From the NCBI GenBank assembly GCA_965249725.1, contig CBDFMQ010000002.1:256001-320000 (forward strand): a DNA stretch of 64,000 bases, read 5' to 3'. Source of the stretch: Longimicrobiales bacterium (GTDB lineage Bacteria; Gemmatimonadota; Gemmatimonadetes; Longimicrobiales; Gaopeijiaceae). Both the position numbers and the translations under genes were made by a program. The notes under the pieces were generated by a model, which was given only the letters and a program-made list of their open reading frames with translations, was not told the DNA's origin and did not search any database. Of this stretch, positions 1-9,954 are shown piece after piece; position 1 is the stretch's first letter; each line of letters starts with the position of its first letter.

Positions 1-126
1 GCCACTCCATAGAGCGGCCGTGTCGTCGAACGCGCTGGCAGCGAGCCCGATCAAGAATCCCACCCCGACACCGAGGACTGTGAAGGTCGCCGTGGACCTG
101 ATCCGTCTCCGGAGAATGGCGCTCAT
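1..126 (-). CDS. 5' part of a membrane protein, running off the left edge
   Basis: Manual translation from ATG 126: MSAILRRRIRSTATFTVLGVGVGFLIGLAASAFDDTAALYGVA; basic N-terminus plus TM helix; not in the ORF track because no stop lies in the window. Confidence 0.6.
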   Translation of the reverse strand, partial: MSAILRRRIRSTATFTVLGVGVGFLIGLAASAFDDTAALWSG

Positions 127-164
127 CGGGTTGGCACTAGGGTCGTGGGTCTGGGTTGTGAAGT

Positions 165-196
165 CGGGGTCGCGGTCGCCGAGGACCGCGACCCCG
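165..196 (-). terminator. GC-rich hairpin downstream of the choice-of-anchor-B gene
   Basis: CGGGGTCGCGGTC-gccgag-GACCGCGACCCCG, perfect 13-bp stem 5 nt after the stop; weak U-tract. Confidence 0.55.
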
Positions 197-201
197 TGCC
201 A

Positions 202-2631
202 TCACATGATCGGCTGTCTCTTCTTGAGGATGAAGAGCCCCTCGAAGCGGCTGCTGACGATGACGTTGCCGCTCGGGAAGTACGGGTAGTTACTCCACGA
301 GCCGCCGGTGCCCGATCCGTTGTCGCCGTGAGGCACGGTGTCGAAGAAACCCACCTCTACCGGGTTCTCGGGATCACTGATGTCGAGCACGCGCATACCT
401 GCACGGTTGTTCGACTGGTACAGCAGGTTGCCGAGGACGTACATGTTGTGGTCCGTGGACTCGTGGGTGCCGAAGAACTCCTTGGCGAGTTGAGGATCGT
501 CCAGGTCGGAGATGTCCCAGATCAGTGTGCGGGTTTTGCGCCCGTCCCCTTCGTCAAGCTCGTCCCCCTGGAAGAAGTACTGGTGATCCTCGGAGAGCCA
601 TCCTTGGTGCGTGTACGCCACATCAGGGTAGGTCGCCAAGCCCAGGGCTTCCGTGTTGGCGGGGTCCGTCACATCGGCAATGCTGAACGCCGTCTCATTG
701 GATCCGAAGCAGATCTGCTTGCCTTCGTGGTCTTCGTCGGGTCCGTGATAGGTCACGCACTGGGCGTCGTGGGTGTAGCCGGTGCCGTTGCGGCCCGTTC
801 CAGGCTGTGAGAAACACCCCACGAACTCCGGACTCGCGGGCTCCTTGAGGTCGATGATGTGGATCCCGCCGCCGCACGTCTCCCCCCCGGAGCTGTTGCC
901 GACGCTGTATCCGAAGCCGGTCTCCTCGTTGATGGCGATGTTGTGCACGCTGGCCACGCCGTCGTAGTGCGCGGTCTCTTCGAACGTGACGGGATCGGTC
1001 ACCCTGCGGAGCTGCGTGAGGTCGAAGATCTGGATGCCGTGGAGGCCGGAGCCGTCGGCCACGATGTATGCGTGGTTCTTGTAGACCTTGATGTCTCTCC
1101 ACGAGGCGAGAGGTGATCCCTCCGTCCTCCAGAGCTGTCCCAGATAGCGGGGCTGCAGCGGATCGGTGACGTCCACGAAGGAGGTACCGTCACGCCGACC
1201 TACTAAAGCGTATTCCCGACCCGTATCGGGGTCGACCCATCCCCAGAGGTCGTTGACGTTGACTCCTCTCGGAACGCCCATATCGCCCACGGGGAGGAAG
1301 GACACCAGGTCGTAGTCGGAGCACGCGAAGGCCGTCGCGGCACCCTCGGAGCAGTCCACTTGGCCTCCGAGGACCGCGTCGTACTGCTCCATCTCCGACA
1401 CGACGCTCTCGGCCGTCTGCCAACCTTGGTCGCCCCGCTCGAAGATGGTGGCGGTTCCTGCACCGAGGTCGGCGCCGACCACCCCGACCACGGCCACGTC
1501 ACCCCACACTGCGACGGCCGTCGCGAAGCCGTCGCCCGTCTTGGCATCGTCGCTGGAGACCTTCGCTGCTCCGGCCCAACCGTCGGGACCGCCGGAGAAG
1601 ACGTAGGCCGCGCCCTGCCGGCCGTCGGCTCTGGGCGAGCCGACCCAGACGTTGTCGCCATCCAGTGCGACCGCCGAACCGAAGCCGTCCTGCTGAAACC
1701 CGTCGAAAGCGAGTAGCTGACCAGCCGGAGCCCACTCATCCCCTGCCTCCATCTGGAAGGCGAAGACGACCCCCTGACCCTGGTTGCGGCCGGGAGCCGA
1801 CACCAAGGCCAGGTCTCCGTCCATGCCCAGCGACGCGCCGAAGGCGTCGCCGGTCGTCAGCCCCTGCGATGCCAGGGTACCCTGCGGCTGCCACCCGCCA
1901 CCGTCCTGGCGGAAGGCGTAGACCGTCCCGCCGCCTGCGGCGAGCGGCGCTCCTACCAGGAGTCGACTCGACTGCACGGACAAGCTTGCGCCGAACGCAC
2001 TCTCGCCGTCGTCGACGGTGAGTCGGCCCTGGCGGGTCCAAGTGTCGCCGGAACCGGCGAACACGTAGACGGCTCCTTCGCCGGTCGATCGTGCGGCCTG
2101 GTTGCCCCGCCCGCCACCGGCAGCCATCGACGGTGCCCCGACCAAGGCCATGTTGTCCCCCAACGCGAGGGAGCTGCCGTACCCGGCCCCGGCCGATACA
2201 TCGATGGCGGGAAGGCGACCGACTTCGCTCCAGTTGCCCGGCGCCGAGCGCTCGAACACGTACACCTGGGCTGAGCCGCCCACCTGTTCGTGCGGACGGG
2301 TGCTCACGAGCATGGTCCCGCCGTTCACGGCGATCGCGGCGCCAAAGCCGTCACCGCCCGATCCGTCCGAGGCCTCGAGGCGATCCACCTCCGCCCAACC
2401 ACCAGCGCCGTTCCGGTACACGTAGACGGCTCCGGGACCGATCAGGTTGCCAGCCTCGCCCACGAAGACGTCGCCGTCGCTCACGGCCACGGCGCCACCG
2501 TAGCCGGGCGCCTCTCCGTTCGATTGAATCGCACCCGCCATCGACTGTGACGACGCCGGGGACGCTGCCCACACCAGAGCGATGATCATCGCCGACAATC
2601 CGAAGCCAGTCCTTCTCATGAGATCCCTCAC
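202..2631 (-). CDS. Secreted FG-GAP-repeat / choice-of-anchor B family protein
   Basis: Signal peptide; repeated FGxxxAxxGDxxxVGAP (FG-GAP) units; C-terminal domain with NDLWGW, WRDIK, SVHN, YTHDAQC, YTHQGW, DHNMY, WSNYPYFPSG. Confidence 0.85.
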   Translation of the reverse strand: MRDLMRRTGFGLSAMIIALVWAASPASSQSMAGAIQSNGEAPGYGGAVAVSDGDVFVGEAGNLIGPGAVYVYRNGAGGWAEVDRLEASDGSGGDGFGAAIAVNGGTMLVSTRPHEQVGGSAQVYVFERSAPGNWSEVGRLPAIDVSAGAGYGSSLALGDNMALVGAPSMAAGGGRGNQAARSTGEGAVYVFAGSGDTWTRQGRLTVDDGESAFGASLSVQSSRLLVGAPLAAGGGTVYAFRQDGGGWQPQGTLASQGLTTGDAFGASLGMDGDLALVSAPGRNQGQGVVFAFQMEAGDEWAPAGQLLAFDGFQQDGFGSAVALDGDNVWVGSPRADGRQGAAYVFSGGPDGWAGAAKVSSDDAKTGDGFATAVAVWGDVAVVGVVGADLGAGTATIFERGDQGWQTAESVVSEMEQYDAVLGGQVDCSEGAATAFACSDYDLVSFLPVGDMGVPRGVNVNDLWGWVDPDTGREYALVGRRDGTSFVDVTDPLQPRYLGQLWRTEGSPLASWRDIKVYKNHAYIVADGSGLHGIQIFDLTQLRRVTDPVTFEETAHYDGVASVHNIAINEETGFGYSVGNSSGGETCGGGIHIIDLKEPASPEFVGCFSQPGTGRNGTGYTHDAQCVTYHGPDEDHEGKQICFGSNETAFSIADVTDPANTEALGLATYPDVAYTHQGWLSEDHQYFFQGDELDEGDGRKTRTLIWDISDLDDPQLAKEFFGTHESTDHNMYVLGNLLYQSNNRAGMRVLDISDPENPVEVGFFDTVPHGDNGSGTGGSWSNYPYFPSGNVIVSSRFEGLFILKKRQPIM

Positions 2632-2778
2632 ATCAGGAAGTGTCTTTTACGTTTTGGATTCTACTCCCGTCGCAGCCGGGAGCAAGCAAGACGCATACGG
2701 TGGAACGGTGAAGTAGCCCTCACCCCGCGGCCCTCCTAGCTTCGTCCGAGCGTCTTCCCGAACCGGAGAGATATACGG

Positions 2779-4185
2779 ATGACTCGTCCCATGTTGTCGT
2801 TCCTCAGCCTGGCGATGGCGATGGCTGTGTGGCCGGCCGGCGCGATTGCTCAGGGTAGGCCCCCGACCGCCGGCCTGGACATTCCGGGAGCCAAGGAGAG
2901 GCAGGCGATTCGAGGCGACCTCATTGCCAAGCGTCTCGACACCGTTCTGCTGGACGCCATGCGGAAGAACGACATCGACGCGTGGCTGACCTTCAGTAGG
3001 GAGGCCAACCTCGATCCGATGCTCTCCGAGATCGGTGGCGGGTGGGGAGGAGTCCGAAACGCGTACATCTTCTTCGATCGTGGCGGCGACAAGCCCGAGA
3101 AGATCTTCATCGGTTCGCATCAGCTGAGGGATCGGGTCATTCCCGACACCTATGACGAGCACATCTACTACGGGTATACGCCGGGGGGAATCAGACCTCA
3201 TCTCCGGAGCGTCATGCAGGAGAGGGACCCCCAGCGCATCGGAATCAACGTGTCTCCCACACTTCCGATGGCCGACGGTCTGACCTGGACGCTTCGCAAC
3301 TTCCTGGAGGAGAGCCTCGGGCCGGAGTTGTCGAGCCGTCTGGTCTCCGCCGAGCTCCTGGTCCGCGATTTCCGAACGAATCACATCCCCGACGAATGGC
3401 CTGTCTTCAGCGCTCTATGCGAGTGGACGGTGGCCTGGGAGTCCGAGGCGTTCTCTGATCACGTCATCACCGTGGGCGAGACCACCATGGAGGACATCCA
3501 TTGGTGGATGCGCCAGCGCACGCTGGAGCTCGGACTTACGAACGAGTTCCTGCCGGGGGTCCGGGTGAACCGCAAGGGAGTGAACCTGCCCACGAACTCC
3601 CCTGACCATACGATCGAGCCGGGAGACGTCCTGTCGGTCGACGCAGGCCTCGCCTACCTCGACTTCCGAACGGACATCAAGCGCACGGCGTACGTGCTGC
3701 AGCCCGGCGAGACGGAGCCGCCCGAGAGCATCCGGGGTGCATTCGAGGACGCCAAGCGGGTGACGGACCGGCTGACCTCGAGGTGGACCCCCGGTGCTGT
3801 TGCGTATCAGGTATTCGAGGAGACCATGGCGGAGATGGCCGAGGCCGGATACGGCACCGGAATCGCGACCGGTGGGGCGCAACGCGCCACGCAGATGTCT
3901 CCCGAGGTCGGTATCTACTCCCACTCGGTCGGGAACTCGACGCACGATATCGGGGCCCGCGTAGCCGTGAACGCCCCTTTTGCCTACGGGGATCGGGTCG
4001 CCTACCCGCTGGCACAGAACGCATGGTACTCGGTGGAGCTCCACGTGAGCACGCCGATTCCCGAGTGGGACGGCTTGGCTCTTCAGGTCATGGTCGAGGA
4101 GAACGCTGAGCTCACGGCGAACGGTATACGGTACTGCGCACCGCGCCAGGAAGAGCTCCTGATCGTGCGGGGGGCCACTCGGTGA
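2779..4185 (+). CDS. Secreted M24 (Xaa-Pro aminopeptidase-like) metallopeptidase
   Basis: Signal peptide; pita-bread ligands VDAG..RTDIKR, HSVGxxxHD, VELH, VEEN. Confidence 0.85.
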   Translation: MTRPMLSFLSLAMAMAVWPAGAIAQGRPPTAGLDIPGAKERQAIRGDLIAKRLDTVLLDAMRKNDIDAWLTFSREANLDPMLSEIGGGWGGVRNAYIFFDRGGDKPEKIFIGSHQLRDRVIPDTYDEHIYYGYTPGGIRPHLRSVMQERDPQRIGINVSPTLPMADGLTWTLRNFLEESLGPELSSRLVSAELLVRDFRTNHIPDEWPVFSALCEWTVAWESEAFSDHVITVGETTMEDIHWWMRQRTLELGLTNEFLPGVRVNRKGVNLPTNSPDHTIEPGDVLSVDAGLAYLDFRTDIKRTAYVLQPGETEPPESIRGAFEDAKRVTDRLTSRWTPGAVAYQVFEETMAEMAEAGYGTGIATGGAQRATQMSPEVGIYSHSVGNSTHDIGARVAVNAPFAYGDRVAYPLAQNAWYSVELHVSTPIPEWDGLALQVMVEENAELTANGIRYCAPRQEELLIVRGATR

Positions 4186-5522
4186 GTTCAGAGTCTACGG
4201 GTGCTGGGTCCACCCAATCCCTGACCCGCGTCCTCCGCATCCGTGACGGGTTGGCCGTCACGGTCGGGATCGTCATCGGAGCCGGAATTCTCCGCACCCC
4301 CGGGCTCATCGCAGAGTACCTCGGAGATCCCTGGTTCATTCTGGGGGTGTGGGTCCTGGGTGGCATCGTTGCGGCGCTCAGCACCCTCCTTCTCGCCGAG
4401 ATGTCGGCGTCGCTCCCGGAGGCCGGTGGCAAGTTCGTGTATGCCCGCGAAGCCTGGGGTCCGGTCATGGGCTTCGTGGCCGGATGGTCCGAGCTCTTGG
4501 TCAGCCGAGGGTTTTCGGGCGCGGCCAAAGCCGTGGTGATCGCCGAGTATCTCCGGATTCTGGTGGGGCGGGGAAACGTCAACATCTTGGCTGGCGGGGT
4601 GGCCCTCGCATTCTTCTTTCTGCACACGAGAGGCCTCAAGACCAGCACGATCTTCCAGAACGTGACCACCGCGATCAAGGTGGTGGTGGTTCTGCTCATT
4701 GCCGCTGCCGGCATCTGGGCCGGCGACATGGCGGGCTTCACCTCGGGGTCGCTCATCGTCGAGGGATCCGGACTGTTGGGGTTCGCCCTCGCCTACCAAG
4801 CGGTGGCGTTCGCGTACTACGGCTGGGAGGACGCGGCCAAGATGGCGGAAGAGGTCCAGGACCCCGGCCGGTCCCTGCCAAAGATCCTGTTCGGGGGGGC
4901 CGTCGCCGTGGCTTGCCTGTATCTGCTCATGAACGTGGCGTATCTGGCGGCACTCACCCCGGCCGAGATGGCCGGCTCCGAGCTCGTGGCCCAGGACGCC
5001 ATCGCCGGCGTATTCGGTAGCGCCGCAGGTACCGTGGTGCTGTTGGCGAGTCTCCTGATTCTGATCAGTAGCATCAACGTGAATTTCCTCGGATTGCCGC
5101 GGGTCGCCTATGGACTGGCGAAGCACGGGCTGGCGTTCAAGGCGTTCAGGGAGGTAGACGAACGGGGCACGCCGCGGAAGGCCCTGTATTTCATCTCCGC
5201 CTGGATAGGGATGCTGGCACTCACCGGTGCGTTCGAGCTCCTCATCCAGTTCATGATGATGGTGGCCATCACGGTCGATACCATGGTGCTCCTCGGCTAC
5301 TTCCGACTGCGCAGCAAGCTTCCCGACCTCGAGCGCCCGTTCCGAGTGCCGGGACATCCCTGGATTCCGGGGCTCACGGTGGTGCTCTACGTAGCGATTT
5401 TGGCCATCTTGATAAGCACGCAACCGGCGTTGACCGTAGGCGCCGGGGCGATGCTGAGTGCGCTCGTGGTGGCGGGTTGGTTCACCTCACGGAGGAACGG
5501 GACGACCGAGGAACCGGTCTAG
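4182..5522 (+). CDS. APC-family amino acid permease
   Basis: GIVIGAGI, LPEAGG, AYYGWE, RPFRVPGHP motifs; ~12 TM; 4-bp overlap with the upstream peptidase. Confidence 0.9.
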   Translation: MSSESTGAGSTQSLTRVLRIRDGLAVTVGIVIGAGILRTPGLIAEYLGDPWFILGVWVLGGIVAALSTLLLAEMSASLPEAGGKFVYAREAWGPVMGFVAGWSELLVSRGFSGAAKAVVIAEYLRILVGRGNVNILAGGVALAFFFLHTRGLKTSTIFQNVTTAIKVVVVLLIAAAGIWAGDMAGFTSGSLIVEGSGLLGFALAYQAVAFAYYGWEDAAKMAEEVQDPGRSLPKILFGGAVAVACLYLLMNVAYLAALTPAEMAGSELVAQDAIAGVFGSAAGTVVLLASLLILISSINVNFLGLPRVAYGLAKHGLAFKAFREVDERGTPRKALYFISAWIGMLALTGAFELLIQFMMMVAITVDTMVLLGYFRLRSKLPDLERPFRVPGHPWIPGLTVVLYVAILAILISTQPALTVGAGAMLSALVVAGWFTSRRNGTTEEPV

Positions 5523-5580
5523 ACCGTCGTGAGAGCGGACATCAGGACGGACCAGCGTATCCGTCGGCTCACGCCGCCAA

Positions 5581-5772
5581 ATCGAAATCGCCCACCAATG
5601 GTTCGGAAACGCCGTCACCGAGAGCGACTGGGACGACGCCTGGCTGAGCGAAGGCTTCGCCACGTACTTCACGCATCTGACCCGGGAGCACTACCAGGGA
5701 AGGGATGTCTTCGTGGCAGGCCTGGTCCGCGACAAGGACCGCATCGCTCAGATGGAGGAGCGGCTCAGCTGA
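5581..5772 (+). pseudogene. Remnant of an M1 (gluzincin) aminopeptidase catalytic core
   Basis: Frame reads [30 protein letters not shown]...RLS*; no start codon after the in-frame stop at 5530-5532; first His of HExxH absent. Confidence 0.8.
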
Positions 5773-7090
5773 TGGGCCGGGACCCCTGCGGCCCGTTATC
5801 CCAATCCTGAACGCTCGAAATGTTCGGCATCCCCCAGTCCTCGCCGTTCCACCCCGAAAAGCCGTTCATCTTGAAGGCCCAGAGCCCACTGAATCCACTG
5901 GTGACGATCAGGCCGTCGGCGTTGCGCACGTCCACGCCGAACGTCCCGCCCATGCCGCCGGCACCCGGGATGTCGGGCATCTCGTAGGTGTCGTAGTAGG
6001 CCACGGTATACGGGTTGGTCGGGTCCATCATGTTGAAGACCTGCAGACCGTCCCGGTAGCCGGATACGAAGACGTAGGGCCAACGCACCTCGTGGTTGTG
6101 CACCAGGTTCTGCCACTTCGCCGTCCACGCTCCGATCGCGCGGTTGATCGTCGGAACGTCCCCGTCCAGCCCCGGCTTGAGATCGAAGATCAAGAGCGGG
6201 GCGGTCACGTACTCCATCTCACCGACGGCGTACCGGCCATCGGGGGAGGGGGTGAACGTGTGAGCGATGTCGACGCCGGGGAAGTTGGTGACCGAGGTCA
6301 GTAGCTCGGGGGTGTCGATGTCGGTGACGTCGAATACGTAGTAGCCGTTGAGGCCGGAACCGTAAAACTTGTCCTGCCCCGTTCCCGGATCGTAGGCGAC
6401 GTAGTAGTCGTGATAGCCTCTCCAGCGGTACTCCTCGGGAGTGGGACGCGGAACCTCCGCTATGCGTGCCGTTTCCCAGCTTTCTCCGGCCACGACCATG
6501 TCCAGGTCGTACACGAATGCCGCAGTAGCGCTGAGGAGCGCTCCATAGAGCAGGTTCTGCCCGTTGGAGTGCTTGTACGCGAAGATGTTGTGGAACCCGC
6601 CGGGAACGAGCGGCTCCGTGATTCGCGCGACCTCGCGGACCTGCGAAGGATCGGGCAGGCCCGTCACGTCGAAGACGATGGCGCCCAGGTCATAGTCCGG
6701 CCCCGACTGCCGGAATTGAAACGACTGCACGTAGTAGTAGCGTCCTTTGGACTTGAAATACTTCCCGTCCAAGGCGCTGCCCTGATGCAGTGACGGGTTC
6801 TCGATTTGCCAGGTGTAAATCTTCTCGGGGTTGTCCGGGTCCTCGAAGCTGTAGATGTCGAAGCTCGCCTCCCCACCCCTGCTCAGGTAGACATAGGGCC
6901 GGTCCATGTCCTGCTCCATCTCGATGTCCGTGGCTCGCCCGGGGACGTGCGCCATGATCTCGATGTTGGAACTGCCCTGCTCGCCTGGAGCCGGCGCATA
7001 CTGCTGTGCCTGGACGGACAGCGGGGTCACCGTTGCCAACAAACCCCCAAAAAGGACCGCGGTCTCCCAGAGTCTCCACCCTTTGCTCAT
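5765..7090 (-). CDS. Secreted LVIVD-type beta-propeller protein, paralogue P1
   Basis: Start reassigned to ATG 7090 (GGAGG RBS, signal peptide); motifs [35 protein letters not shown]. Confidence 0.8.
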   Translation of the reverse strand: MSKGWRLWETAVLFGGLLATVTPLSVQAQQYAPAPGEQGSSNIEIMAHVPGRATDIEMEQDMDRPYVYLSRGGEASFDIYSFEDPDNPEKIYTWQIENPSLHQGSALDGKYFKSKGRYYYVQSFQFRQSGPDYDLGAIVFDVTGLPDPSQVREVARITEPLVPGGFHNIFAYKHSNGQNLLYGALLSATAAFVYDLDMVVAGESWETARIAEVPRPTPEEYRWRGYHDYYVAYDPGTGQDKFYGSGLNGYYVFDVTDIDTPELLTSVTNFPGVDIAHTFTPSPDGRYAVGEMEYVTAPLLIFDLKPGLDGDVPTINRAIGAWTAKWQNLVHNHEVRWPYVFVSGYRDGLQVFNMMDPTNPYTVAYYDTYEMPDIPGAGGMGGTFGVDVRNADGLIVTSGFSGLWAFKMNGFSGWNGEDWGMPNISSVQDWDNGPQGSRPIS

Positions 7091-7179
7091 CTCTGCCTCC
7101 GATAGTCGCTGAAGAGGGCGACCCTGCGTCTCCCCCCGTGATGCACCAGGAATCCTCACTCGATCGATCGATCCACGGC

Positions 7180-8526
7180 TCAACTGATGGGTCTCCGGGC
7201 CCCTTCAGGCCCGTTGTCCCAGTCCTGTACGCTGGAGACGTTGGGCATCCCCCAGTCGTTTCCGTTCCACCCGTCGAAACCGCTCATCTTGAATGCCCAG
7301 AAGCCGCTCTCGCCGCTGGTGACGATCAGTCCGTCGGCGTTGCGCACGTCCACCCCGAAGGTCCCCTTCATGGAGACGCTGCGATCGGACGTGTGCATAT
7401 CGGGCATCTCGTACGTGTCGTAATACGCCACCGTGTAGGGATTCGTCGGGTCCATCATGTTGAAGACCTGAAGGCCGTCCCGATAGCCCGAGACGAACAC
7501 ATAAGGCCAGCGCACCTCGTGGTTGTGCACGAAGTTCTTCCACTTGACGGTCCAGGCACCGATGGCCCGGCGGATCGTGGGCACGTCGCCGTCGAGCCCG
7601 GGCTTGAGGTCGAAGATCAGGAGGGGCGCATGGCTGTACTCCATCTCACCCACCGCATAGCGACCGTCCGGCGTGGGCGTGAACGTGTGGGCGATGTCCA
7701 CTCCCGCGAACCCGGTGACCGAGGTCAGCAGTTCGGGTGAATCCAGATCGGTGACGTCGAAGACGTAGTACCCGTTGAGCCCGGACCCGTAGAACTTGTC
7801 CTGCCCCGTTCCTGGATCGTAGCCCACGTAGTAGTCGTGGTAGCCGGTCCAGCGGTAATCCACGTCCTCGGGGCGGGGGATGTTACCCACGAGCGGCTCT
7901 TCACCGGCGATGAGCTTCCCCATGTCGTAGACGTAGGCCGAAGTGGCCGAGAGCAGTGCCCCGAAGAGGAGCACGCGCCCGTCGGAGTGCTTATACGCGA
8001 AGATATTGTGGAACCCCCCGGGCACGTCGGCGGCGCGGATGCGGCCCACTTCCCGCACGCTGGCCGGATCGGGCAAATCAGTCACGTCGAAGACGATGGC
8101 GCCCAGATCGTAGTTCGGTCCCCCCTGCTGAAACTGGAACGACTGGATGTAGTAGTAGCGACCGTCCAGCTTGAAGTACTTCCCGTCGAGCGCGCTGCCG
8201 CGGTGGAGCTCCTCGTTCTCGATCCGCCAGCTGTAGATCTTCTCGGGGTTCTCCGGATCCTCCACGCTGATGATGTCGAAGCCGGTCGACCGCCACCGGC
8301 TCATGTAGACGTAGGGCCGGTCCAGGTCCTGCTCGAGCTCGATGTCCGCCGCGGCTCCCGGTATGTGCGTCAGGATCTCGACGTTGGAGCTGCCCTGTTC
8401 GCCCGGGGCGGGGTAGCCCTGGGCCTCGGTCGTGGATGGACGCAGGACGAGTAGGGTGGCTCCCACCGCCGTCGTGATCCATGGCCTCGAGAGTAGACGA
8501 TGCCCGCGCGTGTGTCCTGTGCTCAC
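7180..8526 (-). CDS. Secreted LVIVD-type beta-propeller protein, paralogue P2
   Basis: GTG 8526 preceded by GGGAGG; highly similar to P1 throughout; ORF-track extension to 9468 is antisense to the amidohydrolase. Confidence 0.8.
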   Translation of the reverse strand: MSTGHTRGHRLLSRPWITTAVGATLLVLRPSTTEAQGYPAPGEQGSSNVEILTHIPGAAADIELEQDLDRPYVYMSRWRSTGFDIISVEDPENPEKIYSWRIENEELHRGSALDGKYFKLDGRYYYIQSFQFQQGGPNYDLGAIVFDVTDLPDPASVREVGRIRAADVPGGFHNIFAYKHSDGRVLLFGALLSATSAYVYDMGKLIAGEEPLVGNIPRPEDVDYRWTGYHDYYVGYDPGTGQDKFYGSGLNGYYVFDVTDLDSPELLTSVTGFAGVDIAHTFTPTPDGRYAVGEMEYSHAPLLIFDLKPGLDGDVPTIRRAIGAWTVKWKNFVHNHEVRWPYVFVSGYRDGLQVFNMMDPTNPYTVAYYDTYEMPDMHTSDRSVSMKGTFGVDVRNADGLIVTSGESGFWAFKMSGFDGWNGNDWGMPNVSSVQDWDNGPEGARRPIS

Positions 8527-8769
8527 TGATGCCTCCCGGTTCTCGCCGATCGGGGCCGTTCTGTCCGGGCTTTCGGGGAGGAATCTCCGATGCGGCCCGG
8601 ATGACAGGTCAAGAAAGTAGGGGCTGGTGGCCCCACGGGATAGCGGAGCGGTCTTGGACTGCCGAGGCCGGATGGCGGAACGGTTCTGGACTGCCGACGC
8701 GGGATAGGATATGTGTTCTGCGAGCACGTTTCGTCTCCACCGGACCATCATTTCGGAGTGACCTTCCTG

Positions 8770-9954
8770 ATGCACACGCCTCTTAGGCGGCCGGGGCTGC
8801 AACTCGCCACCGCCCTCATTGCCACGTTCTCCCTGCATGTGGGCGACGTGTACGCCCAGGACGATACCTTCCTCATTCGTGGGGTGACCCTCATCGACGG
8901 TGTTTCGGACCGGCCGATGGAGAACGCGTCGGTTTCGGTCGCAGGCGGGCTGATCGTGGCGGTCGGCAGCGACCAGGACGTCTTCGCTCCAGCCGGTACG
9001 CGTGTGGTGGACGGCACCGGGAAGTTCCTCATTCCCGGCCTGTGGGACACGCATGCGCACCTCTCCTACTGGGGCGCCGACGCTCTGGAGATGTTGGTCA
9101 ACGCCGGGGTCACAAGCATTCGTGAGCTCGGCGGCGATCCCGACGAAATCGAAGGATGGAAGCGCGAAATCGAATCCGGAGCGCGCGTGGGACCCGCGAT
9201 GGTGTGGTGCGGTCCTTTCCTCGAAGGGCCGGAGGCGGAGGACGAGTACCGGCTGAAGGTCGCCACCCAGGCGGAGGGTCGCGCCGCGGTCCACACGCTC
9301 CACGCGCGCGGAGTCGATTTCCTCAAGATTCAGCCGCGCATCGATCGGGACATCGTCGAAGCCGTCATCGACGAGGCGAGGTCCGTGGGGCTCACGGTGG
9401 TCGGCCACCTGCCGCAGGGCGTGAACGCGATCGATGGCTCGAACATGGGGCTTCGGAGCATCGAGCACATGAGCCCCTACATGCGGCTCGACGATGCGGA
9501 GATGGGGCAGGTCATCAAGACCTACCTGGCCAACGGGACCTGGCTGTCACCGGCGCTCTTCAGCATGGTGGCGCCCATCGAGGCTCGGGGTGACGACCCG
9601 GGTCAGGACGAGCGTGTGCAGCGGGCCAACGCCATAGTGCGGCGCGCCCACGAAGCCGGTGTGCCGATCCTGGTCGGGGCGAATTTCGCCTACCGCGACT
9701 GGCCGCAGAAGCCCGGATCAGGCCTGCACGGAGAGATGAGGGCACTGGTCGAAGCAGGCCTGCCGGCAATGGACGTACTCAAGCTCTCCACCGTCAGGGC
9801 TGCAGAGTTCTCGGGGGTGACCGACCGAGGGTCCATACGGGCGGGGCTCGCCGCTGACATGGTACTACTCGAGGCCGACCCCCTCGCCGATATCAGCAAC
9901 ACCGAGCGGATCTCGGCCGTCATTCAGAACGGTCGATTCATCACGGGGCGCTGA
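8770..9954 (+). CDS. Secreted amidohydrolase-superfamily protein
   Basis: Signal peptide; VDGTGKFLIPGLWDTHAH, GVTSIRELG, LKI, GH, SIEH, GSIRAGLAADMVLL. Confidence 0.85.
   Translation: MHTPLRRPGLQLATALIATFSLHVGDVYAQDDTFLIRGVTLIDGVSDRPMENASVSVAGGLIVAVGSDQDVFAPAGTRVVDGTGKFLIPGLWDTHAHLSYWGADALEMLVNAGVTSIRELGGDPDEIEGWKREIESGARVGPAMVWCGPFLEGPEAEDEYRLKVATQAEGRAAVHTLHARGVDFLKIQPRIDRDIVEAVIDEARSVGLTVVGHLPQGVNAIDGSNMGLRSIEHMSPYMRLDDAEMGQVIKTYLANGTWLSPALFSMVAPIEARGDDPGQDERVQRANAIVRRAHEAGVPILVGANFAYRDWPQKPGSGLHGEMRALVEAGLPAMDVLKLSTVRAAEFSGVTDRGSIRAGLAADMVLLEADPLADISNTERISAVIQNGRFITGR

Noticed and set aside
8527..9468. N-terminal extension making P2 a 762-aa fusion
   Set aside because: Antisense shadow of the amidohydrolase; RBS and signal peptide are at 8526
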